From: an archaeon
Lineage (GTDB): Archaea > Iainarchaeota > Iainarchaeia > Iainarchaeales > 1-14-0-10-31-34
Direction of reading: 5' to 3'
Assembly: GCA_024277355.1 (NCBI GenBank)
Contig: JAJRVL010000009.1
Coordinates: 1 to 32,000, forward strand
Length of the DNA: 32,000 bases
Positions 17,062 through 24,607 of this stretch are shown here, one piece after another. The position numbers and the translations under genes are program-made. The notes under the pieces were generated by a model. That model searched no databases, was not told where the DNA came from, and saw only the letters and a list, made by a program, of their open reading frames with translations. How positions within the stretch are numbered: the stretch's first letter is position 1; each line of letters opens with the position of its first letter.

Positions 17062-18867
17062 ATGGCTAAAAAATTAAATTACAATGAAATGCTTGAAAAA
17101 TTACTTAAAAATTATTATTCTTATAACAGACAGGAATTAGGTTTATTTGAAAGAGCATTTAAAGTATCAAAAAAAAGAAAAATTTTTGAAAATGCATTAA
17201 AATTACTTAAAAAAGTTCCAATAGAAGATGAATTTGGTTCAGCTTTAATTACCAAAGCTTTTTGGTATTCAAAAGAAAAACACGCAAAACAAAAAAGGTT
17301 TTCAGGAGAACCTTTTTTTATTCATCCATATAAAACAGCTTTATATTTAACTGAACTTGAAATGGATGCTGCTTCAATTACAGCAGGTTTTTTGCATGAC
17401 GTAGTTGAAGACACTGATACTCCTTTAAGTGAAATAAGAAAAGAATTTGGAGGCGAAGTTGCTTCTCTTGTAAAAAGTTTAACTAAATTAAGACATTTTG
17501 TTGCAATAAGCAAAAGAAAAGAACATAATGTTGCATTACAAAAAATTTTGTTTGCAACAACAAAAGATTTAAGAGTAATAATAATTAAGTTAGCAGACAA
17601 ATACCATAATCTGCAAACTTTAAATCATCTTCCTCAGGAAAAACAAATTAGAATTGCAACTAATGCACTTGAATTTTATGTTCCTGTAGCAAAAAAACTT
17701 GGATTACATGAATTAGAAGATCTTTTTGAAAAAATTTGTTTTAAAACAATTAAACCAAAAATTCATTCAAAAATAAGAAAGAAAAAAAATGAAAGCATTA
17801 AAGCAAAAGAACCTGAAATTGATTTAATAATAAAAAAACTTGAACCAGAACTAAAAAAAGCAGAACTTAATGTTTCTTTCAGAAAATACAAAAGAACTGC
17901 TTACACTGTATTCAAAAAAATGACTCAAAATTTAAAGTCTTTTAATGAAATTCAGGACTGCATTGTATTAATTGCTTTAACTGAAACAAGAGAACAATGT
18001 TATGAATTACTTGGATTACTGCATAACATGTTTTCTCCTATTCCCTTAAAATTCAGAGATCATATTGCTATTTCTCAGTTTCCTTTATATCAGTCAATTC
18101 ACACTACAGTAATTGGCCCAAAACACACTCCAGTTAAAATTTATATTAGAACAAAAAAAATGGATGCTTTAGTTAAACACGGAGTAACAGAACTGCTTAG
18201 AAGAACTAAAACAGAAAATGATGTTTTCACAGAAAACATTTCTTTTTTAAATAAATTAATGTCAATTAAACTTGATGACCTTGAATCAGAACATTTTATT
18301 GATTTGCTTAAATCTGATTACCTTCAGGACAGAATTATTGTTTTTACGCCTAATGGAAATTTAATTGATTTGCCTAAAGGAGCTTCAGTAATTGATTTTG
18401 CTTATGCAGTTAATGAAAAAAAAGCAGCTAAAGCAAGAAAAGCAAGAGTTAATGGAAAATTAGTTCCTTTATGGCATAAATTAAGCAATGGAAATTTAGT
18501 TGAAGTTGTTGCAGGAAAAAAAATTCAGGTTTCAAAAGTATGGCAAAATTTTGCTATTTCAGTTAAAGCAAGAGAAGAAATAGAAAAATATTTAAAGAAA
18601 AAAAGAATAGTAAAAGAAAAAATGCCTTTTGTTAATTTAGAATTCAAGGCAATAGACAGAATTGGCTTATTAAATGATTTCACTGAAGCTTTTGTTTCAG
18701 TTCAGGCAAATATTTTTTCTGCTGAATTAAGAACAAATGATAAAAGCGGGTTAGGAATAAACTTTTTTACTTTAGAATTATCTGATCCAAAAAAACTTAA
18801 TGTTTTATTAAAAAAACTAAAAAAAATTAAAGGAGTAATAGAAATAAAATCAAATTTTATAGAATGA
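17062..18867 (+). CDS. Long RelA/SpoT homolog (HD hydrolase - synthetase-like - TGS - ACT)
   Basis: HD domain GEPFFIHPYKTALYLTELEMDAASITAGFLHDVVEDT...RVIIIKLADKYHNLQTL. Synthetase-like YQSIHTTVIGPKHTPVKIYIRTKKM. TGS IIVFTPNGNLIDLPKGASVIDFAYAV. C-terminal ACT-like FKAIDRIGLLNDFTEAF. The alternative GTG start at 17053 overlaps the argS tail. Confidence 0.85.
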   Translation: MAKKLNYNEMLEKLLKNYYSYNRQELGLFERAFKVSKKRKIFENALKLLKKVPIEDEFGSALITKAFWYSKEKHAKQKRFSGEPFFIHPYKTALYLTELEMDAASITAGFLHDVVEDTDTPLSEIRKEFGGEVASLVKSLTKLRHFVAISKRKEHNVALQKILFATTKDLRVIIIKLADKYHNLQTLNHLPQEKQIRIATNALEFYVPVAKKLGLHELEDLFEKICFKTIKPKIHSKIRKKKNESIKAKEPEIDLIIKKLEPELKKAELNVSFRKYKRTAYTVFKKMTQNLKSFNEIQDCIVLIALTETREQCYELLGLLHNMFSPIPLKFRDHIAISQFPLYQSIHTTVIGPKHTPVKIYIRTKKMDALVKHGVTELLRRTKTENDVFTENISFLNKLMSIKLDDLESEHFIDLLKSDYLQDRIIVFTPNGNLIDLPKGASVIDFAYAVNEKKAAKARKARVNGKLVPLWHKLSNGNLVEVVAGKKIQVSKVWQNFAISVKAREEIEKYLKKKRIVKEKMPFVNLEFKAIDRIGLLNDFTEAFVSVQANIFSAELRTNDKSGLGINFFTLELSDPKKLNVLLKKLKKIKGVIEIKSNFIE

Positions 18868-18871
18868 CTAA

Positions 18872-18928
18872 TTAGCTGTTAATCATTTTTTTTAAGGCTT
18901 CTATATCTTCTATTTTTCCTCTCGCCAT
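18872..18928 (-). pseudogene. Displaced relic of the alaS 3' end
   Basis: The minus strand reads atg gcg aga gga aaa ata gaa gat ata gaa gcc tta aaa aaa atg att aac agc taa = MARGKIEDIEALKKMINS*. The functional alaS C-terminus is IARGKIENKDALKEIIKN*. About 45 of 54 nt are identical to 18995-19046. Confidence 0.75.
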
Positions 18929-18988
18929 CAAACTTTTTCAGAAAAAGTTTGAACAAAAACGGTTTTCGCTATGCGAAAACTATTGAAA
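18929..18988. repeat. Composite palindromic element (A + B hairpins) between the relic and the functional alaS 3' end
   Basis: caaactttttcagaaaaagtttg, then aacaaaaac, then ggttttcgctatgcgaaaact, then attgaaa. Confidence 0.7.
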
Positions 18989-21649
18989 TTAATTTTTAAT
19001 TATTTCTTTTAAGGCGTCTTTATTTTCTATTTTTCCTCTTGCAATTTTGTCGTTTCCGCCGCCTTTTCCTTTTGTTTTAACAAAAATTTCTTTTAAAGTA
19101 TTTTTAGCTTTTAGTTTTGATTTGCTTCCTTCAATAACTAAAATTTCATTTCCATTAACTAAAACAAATTCTGCTTTAGGGTTTTCTTTTGCTAATTTGT
19201 TTCCTAAAGAAATAACTGTTTTTACAGGCATATCATCAGCTAAAATAAAATTTCTTCCAGAATTATTTTTTATTTTGAATTCTTTTTCTGTAAAATTTCC
19301 TTTATTTATTTGTTTTCTTAATTTTTTCCATTCTTCAATTATTCTTTTATTTGATTCAAGTATTTTTGTTTCAGGGCTTCCAAGTAATTCAGCTGTTTCT
19401 CTAATTATTTTTTCTTTTTCCTGAATTAATTTAATTGCACTTAATCCAACAGTATAATTAATTCTTTCAATTCCATCTTTTATTCCGTCTCTTTTAATTA
19501 TTTTAAATAAACCAATTTCACCGGTGTTTTTTATATGGGTTCCTCCGCATGCTTCAACATCATAACCTTTAATATTTAAAATTCTTAATTCTTTTCCAGG
19601 AACAGCCCCGCCTTGATATAACCTAAAACCATATTTTTGTTCAGCTAAATTTCTATCTAAAACAAAATTCTCAACTTCAACGTTTTCCTGAATGATTTTA
19701 TTTGCAGTAAATTCAATTTTTCTTAATTCTTCTGATGAAATTTTCTTAAAGTGAGTTAAATCTAAATGTGCTTTATGTTCATCTTTTTTACTTCCGCCCT
19801 GCCAGATATGATTTCCTAATACTTCTCTTGCAGCAGCATTTAATACATGAGCTGCAGTATGATGCTTCATTATGCTGTGGCGTTTTTTCCAGTTAATTTT
19901 TCCTATTACAGTCATTCCTTTTTTAAATGAATTAGCTTTCTCCATTTCATGTAATATTACTCCCTGCTGCTGTTGTGTATCTAAAACTTTTACTCCGTTT
20001 ATTTCTCCTGTGTCTCCAATTTGTCCTCCGCCTTCAGGATAAAAAATAGTTTTATCTAATACTAAATAATTTTCTATTGTACCTAAAACTTTTCCCTGAA
20101 ATTCCTGCATATACCTGTCGTCATAATACAAAGGAAAAGTTTTGTCAAATTTAACTGTAAATTCTCTTTCTTTTTCTTTTTCAATTTCATCATCTTTTGC
20201 TATCATTTGATAAAAATTCTGCGGAATTTCAACTTTAATTCCTTTTTTTTCTGCAATTTCTTTTATTGTTTCAGGTGCAATTCCATCTGATTCATATAAA
20301 GTAAGTAATTCAGATGAAGTAATTCCTTTTGTTTTACTTGTTTTTTCTATAACTGAATTTAATTTTTTTTCTGCATTTAATTTGCTTGCATTATATTTTT
20401 TTTCTTCTTCATGAATAATGTCAATTGCTGTATTTACTCCTTCTTTTATTTCTTCATCTAATTCTTTTAAATGCAAAGCATGGTTTTCAAGTATTTTTCC
20501 AAAATCTAAATTAAAATTAAATTCTTTATTAAAAGCAAAAACTCTTCTTAACAGCATTCTTAAATTATATCCTCCGCCTGAATTAGACGGAAGCATACCG
20601 TCATTAGTTGTATAAAGAATATTCTTCAAGTGATCAGCAATCCCATATAATGCCTGTAATTTTTCTAAATCAGAAAAAAATTCTTTTCCTGCACCAATTT
20701 TTTTGCCAATTAATCCCTTTTGTTTTTCATAATCAGTTAAATCACTTTCAAGTTTTCCTGATAATTTAGCGTATTCAGTAAAAAGTTTTTCGTTTACTTT
20801 AATTCCAGTTTGTTTTTTCATATCATAAATTGCTTTTCCAAAAGCAATTTCATAACTTGTAGCTGAACCATTAGTAAACCAGGCTAATCTTTCTAATCCT
20901 GCTCCCATGTCAATTACTTTTGTATCTAATTCCCTGTATTTTCCGTTTCCCATATCCTTGTATTGCATAAAAACAATATTTCCTAATTCAACTCCATTAG
21001 CACAATATTCAATGCAAGGCCCAAATGAACCTCCTCCCATCCAGACGTCTTCCTGAAAAACTAAATCTTTTTCTTTTACTCCTAAAACTTTCATTACATA
21101 TTCATAATCATATTTTATTGCTTCTTCTTTCCAGTAAAATTCTCCGGTTTTTTTTGTATTAAATGCATGCTGTCCAAACATTACAAAACAAGTATAATGT
21201 CTTCCAGTTACTCCAACATTATTTACGTCTCCAAACCTAATGCTTGTCTGAGGTACAATTAAAGGGTTAGCTGGAGGATCAAATTCTCCGTTAACAACAT
21301 AAGGCTGAAAATCAATTATTGAAGCATTAGTAAAATATAAGTCATCTCTCCATCTGCTTACAGTTGGATAACGTTTAATTGAAGTATGCTTGTTTTTTTC
21401 AAAAAACTTTTCTATTTCTTTCCATGTTTCAATATAACTTAATTTTTTTGTTGATTTTCCAATAAAGTCATATCCAACACAGCTTGCATCAGCACAAGTT
21501 TTTCTGCTTGAATCAACTGACCAAAAATTTACTCCGCAAGAACTACATTTTTTTCTTTGAAATCCTTTATCTTTAAAGAATTTTAAGTTATAATGTTTTT
21601 TCCAGTCTTTAGCAAACTTTTCTTTTAATTCTTTTTTTGAAACACTCAT
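18989..21649 (-). CDS. alaS: Alanyl-tRNA synthetase, archaeal type
   Basis: 886 aa. The N-terminus (FFKDKGFQRKKCSSCGVNFWS) is archaeal-type. Editing-domain HxxxH (HTAAHVLNAA) and CGGTH are present, as is the C-terminal DHHA1-like GKGGGNDKIARG. Confidence 0.95.
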   Translation of the reverse strand: MSVSKKELKEKFAKDWKKHYNLKFFKDKGFQRKKCSSCGVNFWSVDSSRKTCADASCVGYDFIGKSTKKLSYIETWKEIEKFFEKNKHTSIKRYPTVSRWRDDLYFTNASIIDFQPYVVNGEFDPPANPLIVPQTSIRFGDVNNVGVTGRHYTCFVMFGQHAFNTKKTGEFYWKEEAIKYDYEYVMKVLGVKEKDLVFQEDVWMGGGSFGPCIEYCANGVELGNIVFMQYKDMGNGKYRELDTKVIDMGAGLERLAWFTNGSATSYEIAFGKAIYDMKKQTGIKVNEKLFTEYAKLSGKLESDLTDYEKQKGLIGKKIGAGKEFFSDLEKLQALYGIADHLKNILYTTNDGMLPSNSGGGYNLRMLLRRVFAFNKEFNFNLDFGKILENHALHLKELDEEIKEGVNTAIDIIHEEEKKYNASKLNAEKKLNSVIEKTSKTKGITSSELLTLYESDGIAPETIKEIAEKKGIKVEIPQNFYQMIAKDDEIEKEKEREFTVKFDKTFPLYYDDRYMQEFQGKVLGTIENYLVLDKTIFYPEGGGQIGDTGEINGVKVLDTQQQQGVILHEMEKANSFKKGMTVIGKINWKKRHSIMKHHTAAHVLNAAAREVLGNHIWQGGSKKDEHKAHLDLTHFKKISSEELRKIEFTANKIIQENVEVENFVLDRNLAEQKYGFRLYQGGAVPGKELRILNIKGYDVEACGGTHIKNTGEIGLFKIIKRDGIKDGIERINYTVGLSAIKLIQEKEKIIRETAELLGSPETKILESNKRIIEEWKKLRKQINKGNFTEKEFKIKNNSGRNFILADDMPVKTVISLGNKLAKENPKAEFVLVNGNEILVIEGSKSKLKAKNTLKEIFVKTKGKGGGNDKIARGKIENKDALKEIIKN

Positions 21650-21712
21650 TTAATCACTTAACTTATATTAAGAAACAGTAAAAGTAATTAAATTTGATGG
21701 TTTTAAGAAAAA

Positions 21713-21766
21713 GTTATAGCAGTGCTATCAAAGATAGCTCATCGTAGCCGCCAGCCAAAACTGGCG
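21713..21766 (-). other. Conserved double-hairpin trailer downstream of RNase P RNA
   Basis: The minus strand reads ccgccag-ttttgg-ctggcgg, ctacgatg, agctatc-tttg-atagc(a)ct, GCTATAAC. It aligns position by position with the 23S trailer at 28373-28429. Confidence 0.6.
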
Positions 21767-22062
21767 GGGTTGTGGAGAGTAAGCCGCTTTTTGTTTTACC
21801 AGCATTCACCTTTGCGTCTTAAAGACTTGCACTCCCAGAACATATTTCATTTCTGTTTAACCTAAAGCACGTTTCATCCTTTTTCCAGAAAACTCACTTA
21901 AAGGTCATCATAATTCTGGAATGGTTTCGTTTCTGCTCTTCAGGAAACCCTCTAAGGTTTGTTTTTGATGAAACTTTTTTTAAAAGTTTCTAGGAATGAG
22001 TGAGCGGACTTTCCTCAGCTCCATTTCGAAAAATGGTACCGTCAGCTGGTCTTCCACTACCC
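21767..22062 (-). ncRNA. rnpB: RNase P RNA
   Basis: The minus strand has CR-I GAGGAAAGTCCG (complement of 22005-22016) and a CR-V-like AAAAAGCGGCTTAC (complement of about 21779-21792). P1 pairs GGGTAGTGGAAG (22062-22051) with CTCTCCACAACCC (21779-21767). P3-like hairpin ccattt-ttcg-aaatgg; P5 CTCAC/GTGAG; internal ACAGAAA. A TTTAAAAA TATA-like box lies about 23-30 nt upstream. Confidence 0.75.
21956..21990. repeat. A-type palindromic unit embedded in the RNase P RNA specificity-domain region
   Basis: The plus strand reads ggtttgtttttgatgaaactttttttaaaagtttc. On the RNA strand it follows CR-I/P5 by about 12 nt. The near-repeat CATTCCTAG / CATTCCAG on the RNA strand brackets it plus 45 nt. Confidence 0.6.
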
Positions 22063-22117
22063 TATATATTAATGAAAAAACCAGTTTTTAAAGGTTTTTT
22101 TAGGTTTTTAAGGCCTA

Positions 22118-23050
22118 TTATTTTTTTATTTTTTCAATTAAATAAAGCATTATTGCTTTTTGTGCATGCAGTCTGTTTTCTGCTTCATCAAATACAATTG
22201 ACTGTTTTCCATCAATTACTTCTGCTGTTTGTTCCATTCCTCTTATTGCAGGCAGACAATTCATAAAAATTGCGTTATCTTTTGCTTTACTCATTAATTC
22301 TGAGTTAACTTGAAATGGAGTAAAAATTTTTATTCTTTCTTCTTTTTCTGTTTCAGGAATATGATATGACATCCATGAATCAGTGTAAACTACATCAGCA
22401 TTTTCTACTGCTTTTTTTGCATCATTTAAAACTTCAATTTTGCTTCCTGTCTCTTTTGCGTTTTCCATTGCTTTATCTAATACATCTTTCTGAGGCATAA
22501 ATTCTTTTCCTTCAGGACAGGCAACTGAAATATTCATTCCCACCATACTGCATCCAAGCAGTAAAGAATGAGTTACATTATTATTGCTGTCACCGCAATA
22601 AGCTAATTTTAATCCTTTTAGTTTTCCTTTTTTTTCTTTTATTATCTGTAAATCTGCCATAATCTGGCATGGATGATATTTGTCTGTTAAAGCATTAATT
22701 ACAGGAACACTTGAATTTTCTGCTAAAGATTCAATGTCTTTTTGTTTAAACAATCTTGCCATAATAATATTCACATATCTTGAAGCAGTTTTTGCGGTAT
22801 CTTCAATTGATTCTTTTTTTCCTAAAGGAGAATCTTTAATTGAATAAAATATTCCGTGGCCTCCCATTTGAGTCATTCCAACTTCAAATGAAACTCTTGT
22901 TCTTAATGAAGGTTTTTCAAATATCATTAATAAAGTTTTATTTTTTAAAGCTTCAGAATATTTTTCTGGGTTTTTTTTCATTTCAATTGCTTTATCTATT
23001 ATTTCTTCAAATTCTTTTATTGTAAAATCGTTTAAACTTCTTAAATGCAT
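22118..23050 (-). CDS. argF: Ornithine carbamoyltransferase
   Basis: Carbamoyl-phosphate motif PSLRTRVSFE, plus HPCQIMADL and FMNCLPAIRGMEQT (an HCLP-type ornithine-binding loop). 310 aa. Confidence 0.85.
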   Translation of the reverse strand: MHLRSLNDFTIKEFEEIIDKAIEMKKNPEKYSEALKNKTLLMIFEKPSLRTRVSFEVGMTQMGGHGIFYSIKDSPLGKKESIEDTAKTASRYVNIIMARLFKQKDIESLAENSSVPVINALTDKYHPCQIMADLQIIKEKKGKLKGLKLAYCGDSNNNVTHSLLLGCSMVGMNISVACPEGKEFMPQKDVLDKAMENAKETGSKIEVLNDAKKAVENADVVYTDSWMSYHIPETEKEERIKIFTPFQVNSELMSKAKDNAIFMNCLPAIRGMEQTAEVIDGKQSIVFDEAENRLHAQKAIMLYLIEKIKK

Positions 23051-23123
23051 TTTATCCCCCTTTTTATCTTAATATTTTTTCTTTAATTCAAATTTTAAAG
23101 GTTTTCCTTTTATTTCTTCTTTT

Positions 23124-23737
23124 ATGCCTGTAAAAAAAATAAAAAAGCCTGAACCTAAAATTAATTTTTTGGATTTAGGTTTTGGTAAAGGAAAAAGATT
23201 AATTGAATTAGCTAAACGAAAACAAAGCAAAAAAAGAAAGTTAATTGGAATTGATGAAAAAAAAACACGAATTTAATTGCAAAAGAAAGAAAAAATTTAA
23301 AGTTAATTTTTGATAATGCTTTAGATTCATTAAAAAAATTTAAATCAAAGTCAGTTAAAGTAGTTAATGGAGATTTTTTACTTGGAGGATATAATCATAA
23401 ATCTAAAAATAAAACTCCTCCAGCTGATTTGTTTGAAGATTATTATTTTGCTTTAGCAGACAAATACCATAAATTTATTGAATTAGGTAAAGTTTTTACT
23501 CAAGTAAAAAGAATTTTAGTTCCAAATGGAAGATTTTATTTATCAATGTATAAAGGAAATCTGAATTATTTAAAAGAATTAACTGAAGTAAGCGGCTTTA
23601 AAATTGACAGAATTATTGAAGTAACAAAAAAGAACGCAAAAAGCAGTACTGCTAAAAAACAATTATCAGGGAAAAATTCAAAAAGTATTTCTCAAGAAAA
23701 GCACCCTATTAGAGTATTGTTAAGAAAAGAACATTAA
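23124..23737 (+). pseudogene. Class I SAM-methyltransferase-like gene, frameshifted in an A9 tract; paralog of 27594..28307
   Basis: Frame a gives MPVKKIKKPEPKINFLDLGFGKGKRLIELAKRKQSKKRKLIGIDEKKTRI* (motif I LDLGFGKG). The frame then changes within A9 (23257-23265). Frame b gives NLIAKERKNLKLIFDNALDSLKKF...VKRILVPNGRFYLS...HPIRVLLRKEH*. The two pieces are colinear with the paralog. Confidence 0.7.
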
Positions 23738-23794
23738 TTTTAAAGCTTTTCTTTTTCCTTTGTTCTTTAAATTATTTTCCTTGAATAATCTGTT

Positions 23795-24607
23795 ATGTTG
23801 CATACAATCAGAACTTTTCCGTTTGAATACTCATTAAATAAAGCTGAAATAACTGTTTTAGGAATTCCTTTTGATTCAACTGAAACAGGAAAATCAGTTA
23901 AATATGGTTCTTTATTTATCCGCGAAGCCATAAAAAATCTTCCAGGATTTGACTTAGAAACAAAAACAAACATTTATGAAAAATTCAAGTTCGCTGATTC
24001 AGGAGATGTAGAAGTTGTTCCAGGAAACTGGAATTTAACTGAAAAAAAAATTAATGAAACAATCAAAGAAATATTTAAAGAAAACCCAAAAATTTTTCCG
24101 ATTTTTTTTGGCGGAGAACACTTAATTTCTTTAGCAGTAATTAATGCTTTAACTGAAATAAAAAAAGAAAAAATAACAGTAATTCATTTTGATGCACACA
24201 GAGATTTAATGCCTGAATTTTTAGGAGAAAAATTTTCACACATAACCTGGGGAAATCATTTACTAAACAATAAAAACATTGAGTTAATTCAGTTAGGAAT
24301 CAGAAGTTCTTCTCCAGAAGAAGAAAAAACAGCAAAAAAATTTAAAATAAAAAATACATTAAAAAACATTAAAGGAAAAGTTTATGTTTCAGTTGATTTA
24401 GATGTATTTGATCCTGTTTTTGCACCTGAAGTCGGCACACCAGAACCTTTTGGAATGAAACAACATGAATTTTTTTCTTTACTAAAAAAAGTCTGCAATA
24501 AAAATCTAATTGGATTAGATTTAGTTGAATGTTCTTCAGATAAAATTAATACTCAAACAGCATTGCTTGCTGCAAATATTTTTAAAAAGGTTTTAGCATG
24601 GAAGTAA
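23795..24607 (+). CDS. speB: Agmatinase / ureohydrolase family protein
   Basis: Mn-binding motifs GGEHLIS, HFDAHRDL and SVDLDVFDPVFAPEVGTPEP. Substrate specificity (agmatine versus a related guanidino compound) cannot be read from the sequence. Confidence 0.8.
   Translation: MLHTIRTFPFEYSLNKAEITVLGIPFDSTETGKSVKYGSLFIREAIKNLPGFDLETKTNIYEKFKFADSGDVEVVPGNWNLTEKKINETIKEIFKENPKIFPIFFGGEHLISLAVINALTEIKKEKITVIHFDAHRDLMPEFLGEKFSHITWGNHLLNNKNIELIQLGIRSSSPEEEKTAKKFKIKNTLKNIKGKVYVSVDLDVFDPVFAPEVGTPEPFGMKQHEFFSLLKKVCNKNLIGLDLVECSSDKINTQTALLAANIFKKVLAWK

Noticed and set aside
21956-21990. BHB intron in the RNase P RNA
   Set aside because: I could not fold a helix-bulge-helix-bulge-helix around the insert from the flanking sequence. 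It is kept only as an unexplained insertion, not called as an intron.
22000-22266. Track ORF 22000..22266 (+)
   Set aside because: It overlaps the 5' part of the RNase P RNA and is antisense to the argF 3' end.
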